The notes below the pieces were generated by a model. It saw nothing but the letters and a program-made list of their open reading frames with translations. It did no database searches and had not been told where the DNA came from. Of a stretch of 64,000 bases of DNA, positions 34,096 to 50,230 are shown one piece after another (position 1 is the stretch's first letter; each line of letters opens with the position of its first letter). The translations under genes and the position numbers were made by a program. This stretch comes from the human T2T-CHM13v2.0 reference genome, Homo sapiens: assembly GCF_009914755.1 (NCBI RefSeq), contig NC_060929.1; one strand, written 5' to 3'.

Positions 34096-34186
34096 CCCAG
34101 TAATGGGACTGCTGGGTCAAATGGTATTTTTGGTTCTAGATCCTTGAGGAATCGCCACACTGTCTTCCACAATGGATGAACTAATT
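34096..34186 (-). mobile_element. Isolated L1P ORF2 3'-region fragment
   Basis: CCCAGTAATGGGA.TGCTGGGTCAAATGGTATTT...AGATCCTTGAGGAATCGCCACACTGTCTTCCACAATGG.TGAACTAATT. Confidence 0.9.
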
Positions 34187-34825
34187 GATGAATAAACTAA
34201 TTGATGAACCCACTAACAAATGAATAAATTGGAAACTGAAGTGCATTTTCCAAAAAGTAGGAGCAAAAGCCATTTTGAATACCAAGAACATATTGTGGGG
34301 AACAAGATTCTTTCAGGAAAACAACAACAACAACAACAACGAAAACCAGCTGTTTTAAACATCTAATGTGCAGAAAAACGAATTCCACCATGACCGTCGT
34401 TTCACAGACTGCCAACAGCTTCCCTCGGGTTCTTTTTCCTGTAAAAGCTGCACCTCTTTATTACAAAATCACAGCGTCTGCTTATAAGGTCTGCGTTTTA
34501 TTTTCATTAATCCTGAAAGCAAAAAAAAAAAAAAAAAAGTCATCCTTTCCTTTTGAACTTTAAAACTATTCTGACCAGTGTAGAAAATACTTCTGCGTAG
34601 ATGGTATTAATCTCTTCATCATAAAACAACATGAAATGAAATGCATTTTGAAATGCAAAAAACCAGTTTCACAAGAAACAAATGAAATACTCATGCTAAT
34701 CTATTTCATGTTAATTTGGAGGATGACAATAACTGGGGGTGTGTGGTGTGTGTGTGTGTGTCTGAGAGAGAGATCTTTTAATAAACATGCTAAAGCTTTT
34801 CAGTGGAAAAACACATTTCTTGCCA

Positions 34826-35149
<324 letters not shown>

Positions 35150-35937
35150 ATGTTGCCGTTTTCAAGGGAACTAAGCAAAATCTTACAGCAAATTAGGGAT
35201 AGAATCAATAAAATCACCTGTTTAATGTAAAGTGTTGGATTAGCAAACTGATTTTTGAGGTGCTTGGTTTTCCTTATTTTTGTTGTTTAGGTAAGTGTTC
35301 TTCTAATCTGTATTTGAAGTTGTCTTTCTCTTTTGATTGTATGCCTTGTGGCTAATGACTCATTACTGCACCTGACATCCAGGGAATTCAGTGGCTTTGT
35401 AAGCACCCCCTGGGAGGAAGATTACTTGGACAAACAGCAATGAAAACAGTTCGACTTACACATCTGAATGAAAATAAAATGAGAATTGTTTTCATTCTAT
35501 GTGTTTTTGTACCCTTTTGGTGAATGGCTACTTCCCCAGTGCTCCTAGTAAATGCAAAGTACTGCTCATTCAGAGTAGTGAGCACCCATTGTTGGCCTCA
35601 ATGTTAATTTCTCACAGCCTGGAGAGGTTATAATAAGCAGATGATGGAATGCTTATACTAGGGTCTGTGTTGTTACTATTGACCTTGCTGTACATGTTCT
35701 CTAACGTACATTTCCCCCAAATTCATCAAGTGGGACAATATCTTCTTCTCTTAAGGAAAAAGCCCTATGAGGACGGAGCCAAAGGTCTCTCCTCACTAGG
35801 ACCAATGCAGACTGCAGATCTGCGAGACAATCCGCTGTAGTCACAGCATCTTCTGTATGTGAAGCCTTTGAGAAACAAAGGTGACTTGAGGAGGTTGACT
35901 TTTGAAAAAGTGAACTGGCAGGGGCCAGTGCTGCTGA

Positions 35938-36483
<546 letters not shown>

Positions 36484-37587
36484 TAATTACTCATTTGAGG
36501 AGGTTTTTCGCAGTTTCCTCTGGGATACTGGGACTCCGGCAGCCGCTAGAGGACTACCATTTTGTTGGACAAACAGAGAGTGTAGGGAGTGTAGGATGGA
36601 CCCACCTGTCACTCCTTTTTAATCTATCTGCATTTCCGCGGGTTTTAGTCTATTCTTTGTAGCCAGCCACAAGATCATCCATCCATCTGTGAAGTCATTC
36701 ATTACTGCGAGCTCAAGAAGGAAGTATGCAGTTGCATTCATTTCAGAAAGCACATGTCGTGCAAGTGTGAAAGGCTTTGTCCTGGGTTCTGAATGACAAT
36801 GCTGGAGTTTGTGCTCGCCGAAGCCCCCTCCGAGACCACATGTGTTGCTCATAAGCACAGATGCAGGTGGCAGAGGCCTCTCAACTCTCAACTTGGCTCT
36901 AAGGAAAAGCACTTTTGACCTGATCCACAACATCGCCACGCTGAGTTAGAAAGCCCCAATTTGAGGATGCAACTTTTAGTTGAAGGGTATCCTTGCTGCA
37001 TACGTGCTCAAACTTGATATTCCAGACATGATGACACGAAATGACCCAGATGTGGGGGCTGCGCCCATCCTGTATGCTGTCACCGCCAGGCTCAGCCTGT
37101 CAAGTTGCTCCTTTACAGTGGAACGCTTCCTAAAGTTAAGCAGGGGTGGAGAGGTCATCTTTTAGCTGGTTGAGACAGAGTTATTACCCAATTCGCTCTT
37201 TTGCTTTCTTCTAGCTATTCAAATTATCATAGTAGATATAAGTGAACTAAGAAAATTGGCAGAGTGCACTGGGATTCTTGTGATTTAACATTAAGTTTTG
37301 GCTCTAGCAGTCTTTCAGAACTTTGGGTAGGTCAAAAGATTTCTTAAGTCTCAGTTTATCTGGAGGAAAAGCATGAATTTCCTTCTGGTGTAAACTCATC
37401 GGTATTACAAAACAGGGCAATTACAGATCCACCAGAAGCAACTCTAACTTATGGATGCCTAGCTAAAGCCGAGCCCATACATCTAAATGGGTGGTGGAGA
37501 TCGGGGTGGCAAGGATGGGTGTAATGGATTCCAGCCTTCATCTGCCCTCAGTGAAGGCAGAGGGCCACAACTCTTCTTCCCCCCACC

Positions 37588-37867
37588 TTTTTTAGAGACA
37601 GGATCTCATTCTGTTATGCAGGATGGAGCACAGTGGCTCAATCATAGCTCCCTGCAGCTTCAAACTCCTGGGCTCAAGTGATCCTCTTGCCTTGGCCTCC
37701 TGAGTAGCTGGGACGACAGGCATGTGCTATCTTGCCCAGTTTTAACATTTTTGTAGAGATGGTGTCTATGTTGCCCAGGCTGGTCTCAAACTCCTGGCCC
37801 CAAGCAGTCTTCTCACCTCAGCCTCCCAAAGTGGTGGGAGTACAGGCATGAGCCACCATACCCTGTC
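37588..37867 (-). mobile_element. Alu (AluJ-like)
   Basis: Diverged antisense dimer. Confidence 0.9.
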
Positions 37868-37954
37868 TAACAACCTTTGTTTTTCTATTCTAATCGCCCC
37901 CAAATTTATTGACACATGGAAACATTTCCAAGTTGTGCTCAGGGCTTCTTTAGG

Positions 37955-38066
37955 TAGGGTAGCCAATTGTCTGTATTTGCCCAGAATGCTCTGGTTTTAT
38001 CACTAAAAGTCCTACATCCTAGGAAGGCCCCTAGCCCTGAGAATATCAAGGTGCTCAGTCATTGTA
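37955..38066 (+). mobile_element. MER81-like hAT-Blackjack MITE
   Basis: TAGGGTAGCCAATTGTC...GGTTTTATCACTAAAAGTCC...GTCATTGTA, ~112 bp. Confidence 0.65.
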
Positions 38067-38204
38067 CACTCATCCCTAAGAGAAACACTGAGCACAACAT
38101 GGTTCTGTAGTCAAAGAATCTTAGAAACCTCTTCCTCTTGTTTTCATTTAAAAAAAAAAATTGTGGTAAAAAAACACGTAACTTAGAATTTACCATCTTA
38201 ATTA

Positions 38205-38860
<656 letters not shown>

Positions 38861-39479
38861 TATTTCTAAGCGTACAGTTCAGTGGTATTAAGTATGCTTG
38901 CATTGTTGTTTTTTTTTTTGAGATATAAAAGTCATAATAATATATTGAAGTATTTAATAAGCTTCTCAGTGAAGGAACTTGTTAAAACTTACTCTTTACC
39001 AAACTTCTGCGGTCATGGAGCCTTTGGGCAATAGCTCTTAACGCTGCTGAACATAACTTGAACATAATGCTCGTATGGAAACCCTTTTTTATCTTGCTCA
39101 GTAATAAAAGTATTGGACAATATTTTCCATTAAGCAAGTTTCTGCTTTCTGGAAGTATCTATAGACCTTCCCTAATTCACTTCAAGAGCTGAGAGAGAGA
39201 CATGTATCTGATATCCAGAAGTTTAACTAAGAATATGTTTTTCCCTTAGTACAAAGGTGTTACAAGTGATGGTTAGAGTTACCAGAGTTGTATATGGGTT
39301 GAATAGGCTTTTATGCTTTGGCCTAGGAAGCTTCTCTCTGCAAAATTATCAGCTGCTTAGGAAGAACAGCTGGTACCTCTGGGGTCTGAATAGTGATTGG
39401 GACACAGTGGGCATTCAAGATATTTTTACTGAGCTGAACTAATGTTTATTTTTACTATTGCTTCCATTGAGGTAGTGAA

Positions 39480-39823
<344 letters not shown>

Positions 39824-40330
39824 TGATACGCTTAGTTTAAAAACTGGAGACTACTTGTATTTATATTTGAAAGTTGTTTGTGATTAAAAAATTTTAAGGG
39901 TGGAATTTATAGTTTAAACCATCTTTTAAAATTTCCCACCAAAATAGCTTTCTTTGTGATGATAGTTCTATTTCTGAGAAAGAGCAGGCACAACTGCCGA
40001 ATTCCAGATGTCAGAACATGGCATGGGCTCCAAAAATGGCAGCCAGGGCTACCATATGAGTTGGCAGTTCTCACAGAGAAGTCCTTGGAGAAGTTAAAAG
40101 TGGATGTAGATGAAGAGAACGTTGTGTATTCCAGCTAACATCAGAATGGAAGCCAGAATCTACGTCCCCCAAATCCTGGGCTGATGAGCTCTTGTTATAC
40201 TTTATCTTGGTATTCTTCAGAATATGTCTTCCCTGGAGAAAACATAAGGTGAGGATTCAATTCCAAGGTCAAATGAGTTAGCACAAGCTCTTTTCCCTTC
40301 CTCCTTCAATACCTAGTAAATTGGTATTAT

Positions 40331-40625
40331 ATTTTCTTTTCTTTTTTTTTAGAGACGGAGTCTTGCCCTGTTGCCCAGGCTGGAGTGCAGTGGTGCGATC
40401 TCGGCTTACTGCAACTCCTGGGTTCAAGCGACTTTCCTACCTCAGCTTCCCAAGTAGCTGGGATTGCAGGTGTGCACTACCACACCCAGCTAATTTTTGC
40501 ATTTTTAGTAGAGACAGTGTTTCTCCATGTTTTCCAGGCTGGTCTCGAACTCCTGGCCTCAAGTGATCCACCTGCCTCGACCTCCCAAAGTGCTGGGATT
40601 ACAGGCGTGAGCCACCGTGTCCGGC
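40331..40625 (-). mobile_element. Alu (AluS-like)
   Basis: Antisense dimer. Confidence 0.93.
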
Positions 40626-40648
40626 ATATACATACATATATATATATA

Positions 40649-40926
40649 TTGGAGCCAGGGTTTTACTCTGCCACCCAGGCTGGAGTGTGGTGGTGTGATC
40701 ATAGTTCACAGCAGCCTCGAACTCCTGGGCTCAGGTAATCCTCCCACCTCAGCCTACCGGAGCAGCTGGGACTACAAACATGTGCCATCAGACCTGGCTA
40801 ATTTTTTGTAAAGATGGGGTTTTGCCATGTTGTGCAGGCTGGTCTCGAACTCCTGGGTTCAAGCAATCCTCCTGCCTCGGCCTCCCGAAGTGTTTGGATT
40901 ACAGGCGTGAGCCACTGCACCCGGCC
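40649..40926 (-). mobile_element. Alu (AluJ-like) with (TA)n tail
   Basis: Antisense dimer. Confidence 0.9.
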
Positions 40927-40959
40927 TGTATGGTATTTTTTATAAACCAATGTTGCAGC

Positions 40960-41350
40960 GTCAGATCAGGTTTCCTGAAATTATCCTTGTTTGGAAGCGA
41001 CACCATTTGTAGCTCCTCAGAGCTCTGTGATGATGGAAAAAAGGATGTTTCTTGGGGAGAGTTTTGGGGATTTACATCATAAAGGAGAAGAGAAGGAGCA
41101 GGATGAAGTAAGGGAGAGACGTTGAGCTGTGGCACAGTCTTAATAAAGGTCTCAGCCAGGACCTCAGGAGCTCTGAAGGCGGGATGGTCTTGCAAAGCTG
41201 ACTCACTGTGGCCTCGGACCCCCACGGAGGTCAGCCATGGAATGCAGGCATCTGGAGATGGGTCTGTGACTTTCAGTGAAGAGGCTCCTTTCAATCCTTG
41301 TAGGGGATGGACTAGGAAGCTTTCATTCCTGAGGGGGAATCTGCAGAGCA
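40960..41350 (-). mobile_element. ERVL LTR, LTR33-like
   Basis: GAAGGAGCAGGATGAAGTAAGGGAGAGACGTTGAGCTGTG...GGTCTCAGCC..GGAGCTCTGAAGGCGGGATGG. Confidence 0.6.
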
Positions 41351-42471
41351 GTGCAGCGCCGTCTTCCCAGGACGCTTGGTTGTTTCTGGGCAGGAGAGTA
41401 TTAGTTCAAACTGTTCTACGCTGACTTCTGTGATGCCTCAAAGAGCACAAAGTGAACCCAATTCAGAAGTTGCTACATAGCAGATTCCTTTTCAGAATGA
41501 ACACTGCACAGATAATAACAATCCTTTTAATGTCCACCTGCTGGAGGCTAATTCAGTTTACTTTGATGAGGGGGGAGGGGAGGAGAGGGAGGAAGAGGAT
41601 GAGGAGAATGAAGAGAGAGAGATTTTGATAGAAACAAGAGGCCTGGACTTTAAAAAAGGCAGTGCTGCCAGACTATGGGCATTGATGATTACTTTGTATA
41701 TTTTCACACAACTGTAAGCTGTGCATCAGTTGTTTTAAGTTTAAGTATTGCATAATGTAAGTATAAAGTTGGCCCCTGTTTGGGGAGAGTCCTTGGAGCC
41801 CTTAACGCCAGAGACAGCCTGGAATAGTGGTCCATGGCCGCCTGGCCTCCAGAGCAACTGCCCCGCTCAATTTCCCCAATTCCATGACACCTGGGCTGCG
41901 TGGCTGTGCGTGTTGGGTTCTCAGCGTCATGCCAGAAGCTGCATCAGAAGCGGGTTGGAACTTTTCACTCTGAGGCACTGCTCAAGATGCACAATCCCTG
42001 GTTGCTGTTTCTCCCCCTAACTCATCCCCTTTACTACGTTGTCCTGTTTGGTTCATCTAGAGCCTCCTGTCCTTTTTATTGGAAAGTCTTTCCCTATATC
42101 TCCAACCCACTGTAGACTGGTCAGTTGTCCTCCCATAGGGACAGTTTATTTTTAAAAACTTAGAACCATTCCAATGGGGGCAGCTGTTTCTCCGGCATAT
42201 CCTAAATCTGGAAGGAGGAGTCAACATTGACCTTGGTCCCCCTTCCGGTGCCTAGACATTACTTTACATCCCTTGTGTAAAATCCTCTTTGTTTTGGGTC
42301 ATGTCATCTGCCTCATCTACCCAGCACCCCTGTGGAACCACCTCGTTGGTTCACGGTCTCTTTCTCTAGGTCACCACCTATGACATCTGGGGTCAATTTG
42401 ACGTCCATGTGGACAGTCCCAAACACAGCAGCCTCTAATGCTGTTTTATTTTAGAATCAATAACATTTACC

Positions 42472-42802
<331 letters not shown>

Positions 42803-42882
42803 TTAAGCATCCTGAACTCTTTTTAATACTCTTTTTAGCTTCAACAGATTCACCTCTGAAAACTTCAGCAGCAACCACCTAC

Positions 42883-43530
<648 letters not shown>

Positions 43531-44099
43531 CAGAAAACCTCAACTCCCACCCCCCGGCAAAAAGCAGGTGACAGTCTGGCCAGAGTAGAGGGCATAGAAG
43601 TAGAGGCTGCCATGCAGATATCAGGCTACATTGACAGCATCCACTTCACCTGTCAATTCAGCTTTCTTAACCTGCCTTCCCCTAAACATGCTTTTTGTCT
43701 TTATCGTGGTCTCTAATCCCTTGACTTATCTATTTGCAGCTAATTATCAGCCTCCTGGGGACAATTCCTTCCATATGGAGCCTGGCTCTCAGAGACAATT
43801 AGCACCTCTTCCTCTCAGGCTACTCAACTTCATTGTCTCCTTGTGTTTTTTATTTTTTCCTTTTTTTTTTAACCACAACTTGGTGTTTCCCAGCTAAATT
43901 CAGACTATGATAACTAGAAAGAATTGCCCACCCAGGCAAACTGGTGCCACCGAAAATTAATGGAAATCTCTCTCCTCGGTTTATTTATTTATTTTGCATT
44001 CTTTTTGGTCAGGTCTTCCTTTAGTAACTCAGCTACAAGTCTGAACTTTTGCTCCTTCCTCAAATCACCTTCCTGATTTTACTGCTTTTATTCATAGTC

Positions 44100-45550
44100 A
44101 ATGACTCAGTCATTCTGGATCTAGATAGAATTGTCTACACTCACTGTCTCATTCTTCAGCTTGACTCAGCATGACTTCTGGCTCCATTACTCTTCCACGT
44201 CAATCCAATGGACTTTTCTACTCTCACCTTTCTTCTTAGCAACATTCTTGAACATGTCCTCTTTCTGGAACTTTCTTGCCCCCATTTTCTGACCGTAAAG
44301 CTATCTTAGTTTTCTTCTGAACTTCCTGGTCATTTCTTCTTTCCTTTTGCAGTTTCATCATCTTCTATCTAGCCACTGATTCTTTGAGCTCCTCAAGAGT
44401 CTGTCTTGGCACCTCTCCTTTCCTCCATGTTCTGTCCATAAACAATCTTATCCTATCTATGCCTACTCTTCATATCAATAATTTGGGCTTCTCCTTTGAG
44501 ATCTAGTCTTACCTGGCCAACAGTCTACTTGATATCCACTCTTGAATGTCCCAAAGGCACATTAAAATCAATATATCTAGAAGTAAATGCATGATCTTCC
44601 TTCAAAATCCAGGCTGCTTCCAGTGTACTTCATCCTGGTAATCTACCCAATTTGGGGCAGATCCTAAATGTAGGGGACCAGCCTCAATATTCCTTCACCT
44701 TACCCTTACTGAATTTCAATAATATCTTTCTAAATATCTTTTAAAGTTATCTTCTTTTTCAATTCTCACCACTGTCACCTTTTTTGAGCTATAGTCATCT
44801 CTTTCCAGGGTTACCAAAGTAGCCTCACTAGCTTATTTTGTCCCCTCTGGATTCCTCTGGTCCATTCTCCAGGCTGCGGCTAAAGTCAACTTTCTGAAAA
44901 TGTATAAAATACAAATGTGATCATGTGAGCTCAGCCACCTATGCTTTTTAAAACTCATCAATGACTTCCTAGCGCTTTACTATTAAGATGAGCTTTTATG
45001 GGATGTCCTGTAAGATCCTACCTTGTCTGGTTCTACTAATGTCTCCAGGTTCGTCTTTTGTCATGCTCCACCTCACTCTTTTGCTCCGGTCACACTGACT
45101 ATCTTTTGATCCAAGGACTTCCAGTACTCCCTGCTTCCACAGGGCCGTTGCATATGCCAAGCCTTCTTCCCGTCTTTCTCTTCTCATTGACTCTAACTTG
45201 TGAATTGAAATTATGCCACTTCATCAATGACAAGTTCTCCTTGTGCCAATAAGGGTTTGACTTGTGCTGAAAAAGAGTTTATAGTGAGGGGAATTGACCT
45301 ATTCAGAGAGGAAGGCTTTGCTGACACCTGAGTAGGCCAATTCTTCTTACTATAAACTCTTATTGAACCATGTAATTTGACGTAGCATCTATCACAGTTG
45401 CAATTTTGCATTTACTTGTATGGGCATTTGATTAACACCTGCCACACTCCCAGCTTTTAAGTTCCAGGAGGACAAGGATGGTGGCTGTTGTGCCAGGGTA
45501 TTTTGTAGGTGCTCATAGAATAGTGACCAAAAGAGTGACTTAATGAATCA
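44100..45550 (+). mobile_element. L2 LINE remnant (ORF2 3' part to 3' end)
   Basis: CCTCAAGAGTCTGTCTTGGCACCTCTCC ('PQGSVLGPL'-like), CTACTTGATATCCACTCTTGAATGTCC; 3' end GTAGGTGCTCA...AATGAAT. Confidence 0.75.
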
Positions 45551-45655
45551 ATTATTTATTTTCTATTTTTTAGAGAAAAAAAGTTCCTAGGTGTGAATGC
45601 CTTCTTTTTCTAACCTAGACTTGCAGTTTCAGGGATCCGAGTGAAGACTACGATC

Positions 45656-45987
45656 TTTTTTTTTTTTTTTTTTTTTTTTGACAGGGTCTCACTCTGTCAC
45701 GCAGGCTGGAGTGGAGGGGCATAATTGCAGCTCACTGCAGCCTCGGTGTGCTGGGTTAGCTCACTGCAGCCTCGGTGTGCTGGGTTCAAGCAATCTTCCC
45801 ATCTCAGCTCCCTGAGTAGCTGGGACTACAGGTGCATACCACCACACCCGGCTAACTTTTGTATTTTTGTAGAGACAGGGTTTTGCCATGTTACCTAAGT
45901 TGGTCTTGAACTCCTGGGCTCAAACAATCAACCTGCCTAAGCCTCCCAAAGTGCGGGGATTACAGGCATGAGTCGCTGCATCCAGCC
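45656..45987 (-). mobile_element. Alu (AluJ-like) with internal 29-bp tandem duplication
   Basis: 45729-45757 identical to 45758-45786. Confidence 0.93.
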
Positions 45988-46229
45988 CAACTATGCTCTT
46001 AACCATATCCCCTCCCTGATCTCACTCTGATGATTACATCTGTCTCATATTTCAGTCTCTCGCTCTTGCCTTACTCCTTTCTTGCATCCATTAATATTTC
46101 AGGTTTCATTAGAAAAATACCTTCCTCAACTTTACATCTTGTCATTTTTCCTGTACAAGTGCCCCAGAATAAGTAGCTCATAGTAACTATTTCCTTTTTT
46201 CATTTTCATTGTGCTCTTAGCTACTCTTG

Positions 46230-47155
46230 TGACTCTTACCTTAAGAACAAATCTTGCTCTTGAACTCCAGACACTAAATAACCAATTAGTGCTTCAATAT
46301 ATTTACTTGCATGTTTTCAAGACTCCTGTAATTCAACCTATTATTTCTCTCATCCAAGTACTAACCAGGCCAGACCCTGCTTAGCTTCCAAGATCAAGCA
46401 GGTGTTCAAGGTGGTATGGTTATAGACGACCAATTATTTCTCCTCCAAACTTACTTCTCCTCCTGTATGCCTTTAGAACAGGTAAAAGTACTATCCTGTA
46501 CTCACTTACCAAAGCTAGGGCCCTGATGGTTACCCTGGTCTCTTTCAGCTACTTCCCATCCTGGTAAGTCACCTTGCCCCATCTCTTGTGTTTTTTAAAT
46601 GTTTCTGGAATGTCTGCAGAAATAGTATGGATACTCATCTTTAGCTCTTGGACTATGATGAGAGCTTCTGAGTGGTCTCCCAGGTCAGCCTGGCTCCAAT
46701 TTGTCCCATATGTACACTGCTAGTGGAATCTTTCTAAAACACAAATCTGTTCTTGCACAGCTCCTTCCCCCCCGGCCTCAGCCCTTGCGTAGGCGCCCCA
46801 AACTCTCTGATTCATTGGCATAGCATGCATGTCCCCAAACGGTTATGTCTTCAGCTTCACCTCCAGCTGCTCCTTCCTTATCCCCTTTGATCTAGATGCT
46901 TCCCAGTCCTTGCTCATCTCGTAATGTCAGAATGTTGGACTGTTTCATGCTTCTGTGCCTTTTCCCAAGCAGCTGCCTCTCCACTGGACATCCTCCCTAG
47001 ACCTTTGGAAGAATGGAGGACCTCTACCTGTGGTTCACGATCTTAGGTCAGTGACTGCTTGTTTTGTACAGCTATCCCTGGCCTCCCCACCTAGAACTGA
47101 CCACTCTATCTACTGTGCTCCCAGTGTACCTCGTACACATTCTATTAGAGCTCAT
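46230..47155 (+). mobile_element. L2 remnant
   Basis: CTCTTGAACTCCAGAC...TCTTTCTAAAACACAAATCTG...CTGTGCTCCCAGTGTACC. Confidence 0.6.
46346..46427 (-). pseudogene. 5S rRNA pseudogene, 3'-truncated and tailless
   Basis: Reverse complement GTCTATAACCATACCACCTTGAACAC..TGATCTTGGAAGCTAAGCAGGGTCTGGCCTGGTTAGTACTTGGATGAGAGA equals 5S nt 1 to ~90 with a short internal deletion; flanking repeat ACC(T/A)ATTATTTCTC. Confidence 0.93.
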
Positions 47156-47160
47156 GCTGC

Positions 47161-47262
47161 CAGAGCTGCTACATAGGGTTGTTCAGGTTGTGAACTGCAC
47201 AACTCTAAGGACCTTGTTCACGAAATGATGCATAGTGAAGACAGTCATATATCATGGCCCTG
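47161..47262. mobile_element. MER91-like MITE
   Basis: CAGAGCTGC..GTTGTTCAGGTTGTGAACTGCACAACTC...GGCCCTG. Confidence 0.5.
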
Positions 47263-47929
47263 CTTTTTGGACTGTTTTTCCTTTTTTTGCTCTTAAGAAT
47301 CATGGGAATGGGGAAGAAGGCATGAAAAGGTTAAGAATGTAACATGTGGAATCTACGTGTGTGGAAATGCTACATAACTCAAGAGGAATGAAGGACAGAG
47401 GGATCTGTGCTGAGTCAGGATGGTTCTGTGTGTGATGCAGGAGCTTCAGAGAGAAGCCTACGTGCTGTGCTTCAGTAGTAAATTGTGCAAGAGGCGTGGC
47501 AAGAAAAGGCTGGCTCAGTGTGGCAGACAGCACTAGAGGAGGAAGAGCGGGAAGGATGTAAGCCGACTGTTTAAACAAAAATGATCAAAACACAATTGGC
47601 CACTGAGAAGGGAGTGGAGGCTCCTTCATTTCTTCCTGGGGTTGGGACTGGTGTTGGCAGTGAGGATCTCTCAAGTAAATCTCCTCCCAGGACTGTTTCC
47701 TGCCACGCATGGATCGGGACAATCACTGCTGGAGCTTGGGTGGGTCACTTGCTTATATGCTTGTCCCCACTAGGCTGAGAGCTTCATTAGGGCCAGGGAT
47801 TGAGACTTTTGATCTTAAATCACCAGCCTCTTACATGGTACTTTGGTCCACTATGGGCCCTCCACATCCTTCCTAGCCAGAGGGGACAGAGGAAAGAAAA
47901 GGGAGTTCGTGGACTTCAACAAAATCACA

Positions 47930-48500
<571 letters not shown>

Positions 48501-48655
48501 CCCCACCTATTGTGATGGCAGTTTTAATCCGAAGAGAGGTTAAGCATTTTAAATGAGGCTTCTGTGCACTTCGTGCCTTGGATTCAAGTGAGTTTTTTCT
48601 TATTTTCTCTTTTGAGAAAATGTGTTTATTTAGTTTTGTGCCTTGGAAACCTCTA

Positions 48656-48972
48656 TTTGTTGTTGTTTTGTTGTTGTTGTTTTCTTGTTTCTGAGACAGG
48701 GTCTCACTCTGTCACCCAGGCTGGAATGCAGTGGCGCTATCAAGGCTCACTACAGCCTTGGCTACCCGGGTTCTGGTGACCCTCATACCTCAGCCTCCCG
48801 ACAGTCGGGACTATAAGTGTGTGCCACCAGGCCCGGCTAATTTTTGTATTTTTTGTAGAGATGAGGTCTCACGATGTTGCTCAGGCTGGTCTCGAACTCC
48901 CGGGATCCAGCAATCCTCCTACTTCAACCTCCCAAAGTATTGGGATTACAGGCATGAACCGCTGTGCTTAGC
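48656..48972 (-). mobile_element. Alu (AluJ-like)
   Basis: Diverged antisense dimer, (TTG)n tail. Confidence 0.9.
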
Positions 48973-49596
48973 TTCCAGTCTTTTTTTTTGTTTTGACGTT
49001 GCTGCTGGGGAGACGAGGCTAGGAGCTACCTACCTTCCCATCTCGGAGAACACCTGGGATTTTCTGGGTAACATGTTTTAAAGATTTAGTATAAGATTTT
49101 CTCTTTTCATGTGTTGTAAGGACAGTGGATGAAACTTATTTTTCTCTAGCTATGCTTTTAAAATTTTTCTTCTTTGCCTTTTGTGAATTCAGCCATTTTA
49201 AAATTTGGTTCTACTTTGTCATCTCACCCCAGAGTCAAATGACTGTATTTCTTCCAGAAACATTCATAATTTAATTTTTCTTTTAACTTAGCTGTATTTC
49301 TCTCACCTGTGGAGAGACTTGAAACACTTAGTTATAATATAAAGTCTGCGAGTCTGAAGTTTTCTGGCAAAAGGCAAAAAAAATTCACACCTGGCTTGCA
49401 TTTGATGAGGATTCCACATGCGTCATCATTTTCTTTGAATTCCCCATGGGAGTTTAAATATATACATGTTAGCATTTTTGTAGTGTACGTTAATAAATGA
49501 GAGCTCTGATTGTTTCTTATTGCAGCTCTGAGGGAAAAAACAGGCATTGCAGTTAACATGACCTGTAGCAACAACAACTACAGCCAGTTTCAATTC

Positions 49597-49910
<314 letters not shown>

Positions 49911-49926
49911 TAAAGAATAGTTAGGG

Positions 49927-50230
49927 TTTTGTGTGTGTGTGTTTGACAGGATCTTGCTCTGCTGACCAGGATAGAGTACAATGGCACACTCATAGCTCAC
50001 TGTAACCTTGAATTCCTGGGGCTCAGTGGAGCCTCTTGCTTCAGTCTTCTGAGTAGCTGGGACTACAGGCATGCACCACCATGCCCGGATAATTTTTTAA
50101 TTTCATTTTTTGTAGAGATAGGATCTCACTATGTTGCCTAGGCTGGCCTTGAGCTTCTGGGCTCGAGCAATCCTCCAGCTTTGGCCTCTCTGAATGCTGG
50201 GATTACAGGCATGAACCACTGTGCCCTGAC
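49927..50230 (-). mobile_element. Alu (AluJ-like) with (TG)n tail
   Basis: Diverged antisense dimer. Confidence 0.9.

Noticed and set aside
36490-37200. Possible processed pseudogene or exon in unique sequence with overlapping ORFs
   Set aside because: No recognisable protein similarity, poly(A)/TSD or convincing splice pair.
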